From the NCBI GenBank assembly GCA_003344405.1, contig NOWV01000206.1, forward strand, positions 62,001-126,000: a stretch of DNA of 64,000 bases. The letters are read 5' to 3'. Positions 12,700-23,368 of this stretch are shown one piece after another. The translations under genes and the position numbers were made by a program. The notes under the pieces were generated by a model. That model worked only from the letters and a program-made list of their open reading frames with translations, was not told where the DNA came from and did not search any database. The stretch comes from Trichoplax sp. H2. Taxonomy: Eukaryota. How positions within the stretch are numbered: position 1 is the first letter of the stretch; each line of letters begins with the position of its first letter.

Positions 12700-13382
12700 A
12701 GTTTCCTTCGCTGCAATCGTAATACGTAACTACTATCATCGACTACTACAGTAGATAGAGTGATTGATCTACAGTACAGTACTGTAAACTATTACTCTAA
12801 CACACTTCAATGTTACAATGGACAGTACATACTCTACAGTATGTTGTGTACTGTACTGGACGGATAACCATCTACCGTGTGCCATACTGTACGGTGCACG
12901 GTAGCGGGCAAATTGAACTGAAATGCTTATCGTATAAACTTATTGTTTCCATACGGCAACAATAAGTCTAAGAGCAACTGCGATAGCGGCTGCGCGACTT
13001 CAAGGGTTCAAACTCAAGCCTTTTTTTTCATACAGTACTAAAGACTATGAACTCCTTTGTAATTAAACTAAGAAATACCCAGGAAAACTGAATGAAAATG
13101 AGCTAAGAAATCGTCAATACACTCTATGAAACTTTAAATTTCGATAAGATCGATATACTTGATACATTTTCATAGTAGAAAACCTATTTCTCTGGTATTT
13201 TCTGAAGGAGATTTTCGTTTTCGCCAATGTCTGCCATGATTTCTTGCCAACTTTGCACTGTAGACCAACGCAGTTAGTACTGTAGAGATCTCGTCCATCA
13301 GCAATATTAACTTACAGTACTGTACAGTACACTGTACAGTATAGTATCAATTTATTAGTCGTCAAGCGAAGACGATACTGAA

Positions 13383-13949
13383 TACTATTCAAAATGTCTT
13401 TAACTTCTCATTACATTATCTAGTATGAGTTTAATGTGACTAATGATTCCATTTCTGTCATTAATATCGACTCATGTAATAACTTACAGTACACTGTACT
13501 ATTCAAAATGTCTTCAAGCTCGCATTACATTATCTAGTATGAGTTTAATGCGACTATACTATTCAAAATGTCTTCAAGTTCGCATTACATTATCTAGTAG
13601 GAGCTTAATGCGACTATACTATTCAAAATGTCTTCAAGTTCGCATTACATTATCTAGTATGAGTTTAATGCGACCATACTATTCAATATGTCTTCAACTT
13701 CTCATTACATTATCTAGTATGAGTTTAGTGTGACTATACTATTCAAAATGTCTTCAACTTCTCATTACATTATCTAGTATGAGTTTAATGTGACCAATGA
13801 TTCCATTTCTGTCATTGATATCGACTCATGTAATGACTTACAGTACACTATACTATTCAAAATGTCTTCAACTTCTCATTCCATTATCTAGTAGGAGTTT
13901 AATGTGACGAATGGTTCCATTTCTATAATTAATATCGACTCATGTAATA
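13383..13949. repeat. Composite minisatellite: 60-bp unit A and ~54-bp unit B arranged A-B-A-A-A-A-A-B-A-B'
   Basis: A = tactattcaaaatgtcttcaa(g/c)ttc(g/t)cattacattatctagtatgagtttaatg(c/t)gacta at 13383, 13497, 13557, 13617, 13677, 13737 and 13851. B = aatgattccatttctgtcattaatatcgactcatgtaat... follows units 1, 6 and 7. Confidence 0.95.
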
Positions 13950-14714
13950 CGTTTGCGTTCATCATGTAACAGCTTTACAGTGTATAGCGAAACCTAAAAA
14001 TACTTGTAGTACAGTATGTGATATTTTCGAAATTGGATCCTCAATTGTATGGATGATAAATCTTCATTTTATCCTTAGTCAGTTTATAGAATTATTATAC
14101 TGTCTGATGGTATGAGGTTCAATAATATACTATACTTAATAACAGTATTCCTCTTTCAAATATATTGCAAGATAGATCCGCAGTATATTTTTACAGCCAT
14201 TCCGCCATGACGGTGAAGTAAATGCTTCAAATAGAATTACTTACCAACAAATAACTCATTAAATAAGCAATAAACAACTACTTTGACAGTAATGCATCAT
14301 CAGCGGTTCGAAATAAAATAAATAAATAACTCTGACTCGTTGACGCATTAAAGTTGCTATTGTAATATTTTATCATGCTACTTTGAATACCACAAGAAAA
14401 ATTGAGTTTTAAGTAATAACAAATTTGAAATTTTTACAGTAAATGATGTTATTTGCAATGTTTATCATAATTTTCGTTTCATTCGAATAAACAGTTACAA
14501 AGTTGAAATGTATAATACGCTCACTATATAAGTAGCCTAATGTACAACCTACTTATTTTTCATCTTATTTTTCAATAGATTATCGATCCTTTAGTTACGA
14601 GCAATAAATTCATTATATATATAAAGACAATAACATTCCATCTATCTGGCAATCTTAATCGGCGATATTTTGATTTATTGTACACGAGTTTTTAATACCT
14701 GCAAAATTCAAGCG

Positions 14715-17700
14715 ATGTCTACAATTACTCTTGATCCTGATCGAGTTCAATATTATGTCTGCCTTCTTCTTAGTGGCATATACTTACAGCAAAGTGAATG
14801 CGGGAAGGCTAAACAATTAGCAGAAAAAGCGCGAGAAATAGGTGAGAAGCTGAAGGATGAAATAATGATCGCTGAAAGTTTACATAGATATGGTGACATT
14901 AAGCAAGTGGAAGGACATCTAAATGAAGCATTGAATAGTTATATAAAATCGGTTAATATAAAATTAGGGCATGTAGATGAATGTAATACGAGTATCGCTA
15001 ATTCGTATAAAGAGATAGGAATCATTCACTGTAGTCAATGTAATTATAAAGAGGCTATTTCGATGCTTGAAAAATCACTCGAAATTAGATTGTCAATCCA
15101 TGATCGCAATCATCCCGATGTTGCCGCATCATACAGCAATCTAGCAAATGTGTATTTAGATCAAGGCAAGCATGAAGAAGCTATTTCTATGTATGAGAAG
15201 TCTCTTAAAATTGCATTGTCAGTCTTTGGTCATAATCATCTCGATGTTGCCAAATCATATAATAATCTAGGAAATGTGTATTTGGATCAAGGTAAGCATG
15301 AAGAAGCCATTTCTATGTATCAGAAATCTCTCAAAATTACTTCGTCAGTCTTTAGTCATAATCACCCCGATCTTGCCAAATCATATAATAATATGGGAGC
15401 TGCATATAGACATCAAGGCAAGTATGAACAAGCTATTTCCATGTATGAGAAGTCTCTCAAAATTATACTGTTAGTCTTTGGTAATAATCATCCCGATGCT
15501 GCTAAATCATATAACAACATGGCAGTTGTATATTTTAATCAAGGTAAGAATAAAGAGGCAATTTCTATGTATAATAAGTCTCTCAAAATTACATTATCAG
15601 TTTTTGGTCATAATCATCCCGATGTTGCTGCGTCATATAACAACATGGGAGTTGCACACAGACATCAAGGCAAGTATGAAGAGGCTATTTCTATGCATGA
15701 AAAGTCTCTCGAAATTCAATTGTCAGTTTTGGGTCATAGTCATCCCGATGTTGCCAAATCATATAACAACATAGGAGCTGCATATTTTAATCTAGGCAAA
15801 CATGACAAAGCCATTTCTATGTATGAAAAGTCTCTTGAAATTCAATTGTCTGTCTTTGGTCATAATCACCCTGATGTTGCTGCATCATGTAACAACATGG
15901 GAGTTGTATACAGTAATCAAAGCAAGTATGAAGAGGCTATTCTTATGTATAAGAAATCTCTTAGAATTACTTTATCATTTTTTGGTCATAATCATTCCGA
16001 TGTTGCTAGATCATATAACAACATAGGAGCTGCATGTTTCAATCAAGGCAAATATGAAGAAGCTATTTCTATGTATGAGAAGTCACTTAAAATTCAATTG
16101 TCAGTCTTTGGTTATAGTCATTCCAGTGTTGCTCAATCATATAACAATATAGGATCTACATATTTTAATCTAGGCAAACATGAAGAGGCTATTTCTATGC
16201 TTGAAAAGTCACTTAAAATTCAATTGTCAGTCTTTGGCCATAATCATCCTGATGTTGCCAAATCATATAACGATTTAGGAAGTGTGTATTTAGATCTAGG
16301 CAAATATGAAGAGGCTATTTCTATTTATGAGAAGTCGCTCAGAATTCACTTTTCAGTCTTTGATCACAATCATCCCGATGTTGCTACATCATATAACAAT
16401 ATGGGGGAGGTCTATAAACATCAAGGCAAGCACGAAGAGGCTATTTCTATGTATAAGAAGTCACTCAAAATTCAATTGTCAGTTTATGGCTATAATCATC
16501 CCAGTGTTGCTACATCATATAACAACATGGGAGCTGCATATTCTAACCAAGGCAAGCATGAAGAAGCTATTTCTATGTGTGAGAAATCACTCAAAATTAG
16601 ATTGTCAGTCCTTGATCGTAATCACCCTGATGTCGCTGCATCATATAACAACCTAGGAAATGTATATTTAGATCAAGGCAAGTATGAAGAGGCTATTTAT
16701 TTGTATAAGAAGTCTCTTGAAATTAGATTATCAGCCTTTGGTCATAATCATCGCGATGTTGCTGCGTCATATAACAATCTAGGAATTGTGTATGGTAATC
16801 AAGGCAAACATGAAGAGGCTGTTTATATGTATGAGAAGTCTCTCAAAATCAGATTATTAGTCTTTGGTAGTAATCATCCCAACGTTGCTACATCATATAA
16901 CAACATAGGAGAGGCATATAGACATCAAGGCAAGGATGAAGAGGCTATTTCTATGCATGAGAAGTCACTCAAAATTCAATTATCGCTTTTTGGCCATAAT
17001 CATCCCAATGTTTCTACATCATATAACAACATTGGAACAGTATATAATAATCAAGGAAAGCATAAAGAGGCTATTTCTATGTATGAGAAGTCTCTGAATA
17101 TTCAATTGTCAGTTTTTGGTCATAATCATCCTGATGTTGCTACATCATATAGCAATCTAGGAAATGTGTATTTAGATCAAGGCAAGCATGAAGAGGCTAT
17201 TTCTATCTATGAGAAGTCTCTCAAAATCAGATTGTTAGTTTTTGGTCATAATCACTTCGATGTTGCCAAATCATATAACAACTTGGGAGCTGCATATGGA
17301 CATCAAGACAAGCATGAAGAGGCTATTTCTATGTATAAGGAATCACTCAAAATTCAATTATCAGTCTTTGGTCATAACCATTCCGATGTTGCTACATCAT
17401 ATAACAACATAGGAGAGGTATATAGACATCAAAGCAAGCACGAAGAGGCTATTTATATATATGAGAAGTCTCTCAAAATTAGATTATCTGTCTTTGGTTA
17501 TGATCATCCTGATGTTGCCAAATCATATAATAACATGGGAGCTGCTTACTTAAATCAAGGTAAACATGAAGAGGCTACTTCTATGTATAAGAAGTCACTT
17601 AAAATTACATTGCGAATCTTTAGCCGTAATCATCCTGATGTTGCCAAATTATATAGCAATCTAGGAGATCTGTATGATAAACAAGGCAAGCATAAAGAGA

Positions 17701-18434
17701 GTATTTCTATGTATGAGAAATCTCTCAAAATTACATTGTTAGTCTTTGGTTCCAAGCATCCCGATGTTGCCAAATCATATAACAATCTAGGAAGTGTGTA
17801 TGATAATCAAGGCAAGTATGAAGAAGCTATTTCTATGTATGAGAAATCTCTCAAAATAACATTGTTAGTCTTCGGCCTTAATCATTCGGATGTTGCCAAA
17901 TCATATAACAACCTGGGAGCTGCATATAGACATCAAGGCAAGCATGAAGAGGCTATTTCTATGTATGAGAAGTCACTAAAAATTATATTGTCAGTCTTTG
18001 ACTGCAATCATCTCGACGTTGCAGTATTATACAACAATCTGGGAATTTTGTACTTAGATCAAGGCAAGTATGAAGAAGCTATTCATATGTACGAGAAGTC
18101 TCTCAAAATTAGATTGTTAGCCCTTGATCATAATCATCCCGATATTGCTAATTCGTATAATAACATAGGAGAGGCATATAGACATCAAGGCAAGCATAAA
18201 GAGGCTATTTCTATGCATGAGAAGTCACTCAAAATTCAGTTATTAGTCTTTGATCATAATCATCCCGATATTGCTGCATCGTACAACTATATAGGAGAGG
18301 CATATAGACATCAAGACAAGCATAAAGAGGCTATTTCTATGTATGAGAAGTCACTCAAAATTAAATTGTCGCTCCTTGATCACTATCATCCCGATGATGC
18401 TGCGTCGTACACAATTTATAAAATATGTATTTAG
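14715..18434 (+). CDS. Intronless TPR-repeat protein (42-aa kinesin-light-chain/nephrocystin-3-type TPRs); 26 canonical repeats plus ~3 divergent N-terminal ones
   Basis: The ORF track gives 14670..18434 from a TTG; the first in-frame ATG is at 14715. Repeat consensus HPDVAxSYNNxGxxYxxQGKHEEAISMYEKSLKIxLSVFGHN, with a 126-bp DNA period. The true start is uncertain. Confidence 0.9.
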   Translation: MSTITLDPDRVQYYVCLLLSGIYLQQSECGKAKQLAEKAREIGEKLKDEIMIAESLHRYGDIKQVEGHLNEALNSYIKSVNIKLGHVDECNTSIANSYKEIGIIHCSQCNYKEAISMLEKSLEIRLSIHDRNHPDVAASYSNLANVYLDQGKHEEAISMYEKSLKIALSVFGHNHLDVAKSYNNLGNVYLDQGKHEEAISMYQKSLKITSSVFSHNHPDLAKSYNNMGAAYRHQGKYEQAISMYEKSLKIILLVFGNNHPDAAKSYNNMAVVYFNQGKNKEAISMYNKSLKITLSVFGHNHPDVAASYNNMGVAHRHQGKYEEAISMHEKSLEIQLSVLGHSHPDVAKSYNNIGAAYFNLGKHDKAISMYEKSLEIQLSVFGHNHPDVAASCNNMGVVYSNQSKYEEAILMYKKSLRITLSFFGHNHSDVARSYNNIGAACFNQGKYEEAISMYEKSLKIQLSVFGYSHSSVAQSYNNIGSTYFNLGKHEEAISMLEKSLKIQLSVFGHNHPDVAKSYNDLGSVYLDLGKYEEAISIYEKSLRIHFSVFDHNHPDVATSYNNMGEVYKHQGKHEEAISMYKKSLKIQLSVYGYNHPSVATSYNNMGAAYSNQGKHEEAISMCEKSLKIRLSVLDRNHPDVAASYNNLGNVYLDQGKYEEAIYLYKKSLEIRLSAFGHNHRDVAASYNNLGIVYGNQGKHEEAVYMYEKSLKIRLLVFGSNHPNVATSYNNIGEAYRHQGKDEEAISMHEKSLKIQLSLFGHNHPNVSTSYNNIGTVYNNQGKHKEAISMYEKSLNIQLSVFGHNHPDVATSYSNLGNVYLDQGKHEEAISIYEKSLKIRLLVFGHNHFDVAKSYNNLGAAYGHQDKHEEAISMYKESLKIQLSVFGHNHSDVATSYNNIGEVYRHQSKHEEAIYIYEKSLKIRLSVFGYDHPDVAKSYNNMGAAYLNQGKHEEATSMYKKSLKITLRIFSRNHPDVAKLYSNLGDLYDKQGKHKESISMYEKSLKITLLVFGSKHPDVAKSYNNLGSVYDNQGKYEEAISMYEKSLKITLLVFGLNHSDVAKSYNNLGAAYRHQGKHEEAISMYEKSLKIILSVFDCNHLDVAVLYNNLGILYLDQGKYEEAIHMYEKSLKIRLLALDHNHPDIANSYNNIGEAYRHQGKHKEAISMHEKSLKIQLLVFDHNHPDIAASYNYIGEAYRHQDKHKEAISMYEKSLKIKLSLLDHYHPDDAASYTIYKICI

Positions 18435-18656
18435 ATTAAGGCAAGCATGAAGAAGCTTCTTCGATGTAAGGGAAATCACTCAAAATTCAATCCTCAGTTC
18501 GTTATCACAATTATTCTGATTTTGTCAAATCATATAACAAGATGAAAGTTGCATATAATAATCAGGGCAAATACGAACAGGTTATGTCTGTCCTGGAGAA
18601 ATCATTCAAAATTTTAACTGTCAGTTTTGATCTCAACTTTTGCGATATTGCTACGA
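18411..18656 (+). pseudogene. Frameshifted, stop-containing continuation of the TPR array (~2 further repeats)
   Basis: tcgtacacaatt lacks one base relative to the consensus tcatataacaatc. The following sequence still tracks the repeat (gtatttagatTAAggcaagcatgaagaagct...atgTAAgggaaatcactcaaaattcaa...aaatcatataacaagatg...aatcagggcaaatacgaacag) with in-frame stops. Confidence 0.88.
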
Positions 18657-19460
18657 TTATACACGTATGTAGCAATATTTCACATTACTAAAGAGCATCA
18701 ATTAGCTTTTATGGTTGTAGAGAAAAGACATATAAGTCGTATTAACGCTAATAGTAAGATGTTCGAAAGTCCAATAAATTAACGGGCATATGATGATACG
18801 ATCGACTGTGTGAGATAAGGGCTTTACTTTATCTTTAGCGACTAACCCAAAATTTAGACTCTTGCTATGTACGACATAAACTTAGGACCTAGTGTACAGT
18901 GCAAGCTATTAAAACGGTATAAGCGTTGGATATAATACAACAATTCGTCAATTCTGGGGGAACTGTTTTTACGCCAAAGGTGATTTAAAGCTGGCGTGGA
19001 TTGATGAATTATATTAAAAGCATGTTTTAGATCTTACCAATAAAGATGAAGTTAGTATGATATTTCCTATTCAATTTAACCACATTTACAAGAGCGAGCG
19101 CAACTAATCGAGCAAAAACAGTTTTGGGGTGATGTAACTTGAAAGCAATGATGTAGATGATATCGACTCTGTGATTTACAAGGGAAAGTAGGTCAAGGAC
19201 TTTTCATCGAATTGAAAGATCGTGTCAAAGACGTTAGTGAGTTTACTGAGCTATCAGCAAAAACAACGGAAGAAGTGATTAAATTTGCCGAAGTTGCAGG
19301 AAAATTAAAGACAGGTTGATGCCATCAAGTAAAAAATAAAAAAATTAGTGTTAAAACTCAGCTGTTGACGAAAAGCAGATTCTTTAAATTTTGATACTGA
19401 CAATCTAAAATGCACTATTTGCTCAATTTTTGCTATTATAAATGAGTGATGGTCAATACA

Positions 19461-19703
19461 AATTCTTACTGCTATTCGTATTTCCATATTAGTGTAATTT
19501 GATCTCAATACTCATCATCTAAAAATAGACTAATTTTTTAATCTCTTGCTGTCTTGGTTTTATTTTATCGTTTAAGTAAGTGAGCGGTGATTAATAGAAA
19601 ATTTTACTGCTATTCGCACGTTCCTATTAGTGAAATTGGATGTCGAAATTTGTCATCTGTAACATAATAAGGTTCGATCCTTTCGTCTTGTCAATTTTTA
19701 TCC
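19461..19703. repeat. Diverged two-copy tandem duplication, period ~140 bp
   Basis: ttactgctattcg...tattagtg(t/a)aatt(t/g)gat...tcatct...gtcttg...ttttatc appears from 19461 and again from 19601. Confidence 0.65.
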
Positions 19704-20904
19704 TGTACAGATATCTGATCATGCTATCATTCTTAGTAATAATCCTCAATTAATTATTGTTGTTATTGTCGTCACTTCCTTATCAATTATCTCCTATTCA
19801 TATACTGTACATGTCTTGATAAATCAAACTTTGTCAAGATTCCTTTGTTAATTAGTATAACAATTATCTTTTCCGATGGGCGACATAACCGGTCATGGCC
19901 ATTATGCAATAAAATTATTAGTTATCGTTAAATTTATTTTTCTGTCTGTTTGTATCGCTTACCAATTAATCTCTTGAATATACTAGTATGAAGCAAGAAA
20001 TTGGTCGTGCAATTCGTTTACATGCTTTTTCATGCTTTGGAAGGTACTTTTATGTATTTTAAGCAATTTCTACATTTGTCCCTATTTTGAAATCGCTCCT
20101 GTAAAATTTAGAAATACTACAGTGACTTTGATAAAAGACTCAGCTTGATCATAGACCAAGCAAGAAAAATGTCGAATATTGTTAGTTCACACTAGCTAAA
20201 AATAAAAAAGACATGATATCTGCTGCCAGTGGCTATGTCTTCGTCAAAATTATTTTCAATTGAGCCAACTTTTACTTCAATTACTGTATTTTGTAAATAA
20301 ATCTCGAGTATAGTATCTAACATTGACATATCCCTCTATGTACTTAATCCTGACTCTCTGTGATGTATTGTGTTGGGAGAAATTTGTACCATCTCTGTGT
20401 AATCTATTACTCAGTCCACGAATAAAAACCGACCTGCTGTAAAATCTGATCATCTATATGATCTTCTGGTATCTCTAATACTGCATCTATGAATTGATGT
20501 TGTTCATTTCCCTGACACTGATTATAAATGTTTCGATTTTTAAAGTAATCCTATGAAGTAATACAGTAATTACTTTTATTAAGGCCATTAAGCTGATTTC
20601 TTACTGTCATTTACTCATTTTATTTTCATTCCTTGTAAACTCGATTCTATAACAGTCGAGTTAAAGTATTTTTGCAACCGTCCACCTTAGTGAGACAAGC
20701 GATGAATGTTATCCATTAAACTGCAGCATTATAGTACGTTTCATTATGATCAATCATGATTTTAACAAACTGGTGTATCTCTTAGTGGCATCTTGACATT
20801 TGCATCTCAGTATTATATATACTCTACCCATGCATAAGCGTGCAGTAAAGGTATCTAAGCTGCCGCTTTCATTTTACAGTATAGTTGCCTATTTTTCACT
20901 CTAG

Positions 20905-21215
20905 CTACATATCCAATTTCTTGTTTTCCTCTATGTTAGCCAAAAGTATAAGGAGCAACTATCGGCTTGAATATCGAACTATTTATCAGGTAGTGGTCTT
21001 TCAAGTAACAATATATCCAACTACTGTATAGCCAACAACTATCATAGCAAGAACTCATCGTAAGTAAGAAACTGGTCGAGTAGAGTTAATCAGTTTCATA
21101 ACATACGTAGTACTATACAGTGTACAGTATCATTAGCTGATAGCTTTGGTTCATGAAGCCAAAATTTTAACTATCTACTAATAATTTATTATTGTCGGAT
21201 AGTTAGATAGTTAAT
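20905..21215. repeat. Inverted diverged copy of the 6557..6842 dispersed repeat
   Basis: Colinear reverse-complement blocks; see the feature at 6557. Confidence 0.8.
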
Positions 21216-23032
21216 GGACTGTCTAGTTATTCGATAGTTGTCAGCACAGAGTAGTATGATCCTTCAATTGAGTGTTTGGAGTACCGTAGTTACAGTAGAT
21301 GATAATGATGCACTTTGAAAATTTTGAAGCCTAATACTAGATTAGTTTCTATGAAATATGATTCAATTTACTTACTGTTAAAATTAAGCATGTTAAATGT
21401 ATTTATTTTCAAGATTTTAATGCGTCAAAAATTGGGAAATTTCCTTAGCATAATATAGCAAAGCTGGTATACGCTACTATTAAAACGTATAGAATCGTAA
21501 TACGAAAGAAAAGCGAATGTTATGGCGTTAGCCTTTTTTGCAAAGGAGACAAGCCTGTCGATTAGTACTATAGTAGGCATCTTTAGCTCTCATACGTTAC
21601 TTTACATTCAGTATTTTAAAACACTATACGGCTGTTAAAAAATTCTACATGTATTGTAAAATGAAAATGTATGTAATGGGAAGTTTCACGAGGAGAACTG
21701 TTTTAATTACGCTGCAAATGTATCGTAAGACATAGAGACGACTGTAATTATAATTTTTGCCTTGATACATAACTACTATAAAAAGGGAAGAAACGGGACA
21801 GGAAATAGCTGCCATAACAAAAGAGTTGAAAGACTGACGATCATTTATCCAGTCATTCTGCTGTCATAGAAATCGAAGTTGGTCTAAGGCCATAATATCT
21901 TTCACTACAAACCTAACGTAGTAGCCATGAGGCTATTACAACCATACTTCATAAAATCTTCCTAGCAGCTAAATGTGCCTGTAGACTTTCCGAGTCTATG
22001 CCAGACACAATGACCACCATTTTGGATGAATGAATAACCTCTTATTGTGATGATACATGCAGCCACTTTATTAATTAGCAAAACTACGACTATTTCTAGA
22101 TTAGACTTGTCAACTGACCACGACATCGCATAAGGTCTGTAGTTAATAGTATGTCGGTAATGACAAATGATTACATTAGTTTCTATTTACAGTTCACCGG
22201 CATTCCAAAGTGGGAAATAAGTGATGATAGCTATGACCGTTTCACCGCTGATGATTTTACCATCAGGTAGATCTATGGATATGTAGTGCAGCACTCAAAA
22301 ACAGATCATGTTTTGTAGATTAAATCATCGGTTTCATCAATAGATATCTACTACCACTGGATAGGTTATTTCTTAGATACAGTATCGTACTATGTTCTAA
22401 ATTGGACTCCTAGAACTTCCTTTCAATTTAACCATCAAGAAGTACTTTGTCTAGATAAGCATACAGATTGCCTGCCGATATTTGTATAGAGGAATAATCT
22501 GCTCTATTCTAGCAATGATTTGTAGCCAGGGGTTAACAGTCATACTTTATGTATACCTATTATCTCTAGATGTACTAAATATTAACGCCATGGTCTACCT
22601 CTTTCAACGGGTAAAATTGGCATAGATACATTTCTATAAAATTCAGCTGTTTTCTATGTCTATATCCTACACGGGAATCTTAACAGTAGTAGGCCAGTAA
22701 TGTGGTTCATAACGAAATAATAAGCAGGAAAACAATCGAAGTGCAGTCATTACGGATACTAGAAGAGTACGGATTCAAATACTGTATTCCACTCTACCAT
22801 ATATACAGTATTCCCCTAAGTACTAAGCAAGAATTAAAATCATCGGATGCAACGAGACATACTCAATTTCTATATTTTAAACTAGTTTTCAAAGATTTAT
22901 AATATCGTCTTTTAAAAATTTTATATAAAATTATGAAGCCGTAATCAATAGATTTGAAACGTATACTCCAATATTCCGCCTGTTGTTAAAGGTATATGAG
23001 CGTATAAATGAACTATAATTTGTTCTTTAAAT

Positions 23033-23368
23033 GATTTGCCCACCCTAGTGTTGAGATGACATTAATCCAGTACTGTAGTAGCGCTTATTGTTACAGCCCA
23101 TACGCTAATAATATGTCGTCAGAAACCAATTTTGAGTAAACGTTCTACTCTTAAATGTTAACTATTATTTGCGTTAACATAAGACTAATATAATGTAATT
23201 TAGCTACGATTTGCCTATTGAAAGATTTGCCCACCCTTGTCTTGCAATGACGTTAATACAGTATTGTACTAGCGTTTATTATAATATTAATTTATCCAGC
23301 CCATATAACATGTCGTCAGAAACCAATTTCGGTCAGGCATCCAGCTTTGAAATCTTAACTATTATTTG
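23033..23368. repeat. Diverged two-copy tandem duplication (~140-bp homologous block, period ~190 bp)
   Basis: gatttgcccaccct...atgac(a/g)ttaat...cagcccata...atgtcgtcagaaaccaattt...ttaactattatttg at 23033..23171 and 23224..23368. Confidence 0.85.

Noticed and set aside
12905..13030. U11 snRNA (minus strand begins AAAAAAGGCTT) or a tRNA
   Set aside because: There is no proper Sm site, spacing does not fit U11, and no cloverleaf or paired T-arm can be built; it is kept only as an unexplained structured segment.
13443..13733. 96-aa ORF with 20-aa repeats
   Set aside because: It is a by-product of the 60-bp minisatellite; adjacent units contain stops in this frame.
13383..13949. CRISPR-like repeat/spacer appearance
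   Set aside because: The intervening B segments are copies of each other rather than unique spacers, most units are contiguous, there are no cas genes, and the DNA is eukaryotic.
15274..16656. Four short + strand ORFs inside the TPR gene
   Set aside because: They are alternative-frame shadows of the 126-bp repeat.
21800..22700. Slightly GC-richer stretch with short readable frames (e.g. DLPDGKIISGE on the minus strand)
   Set aside because: There are stops in all frames and no family I can support; the resemblance to actin is too short to mean anything.
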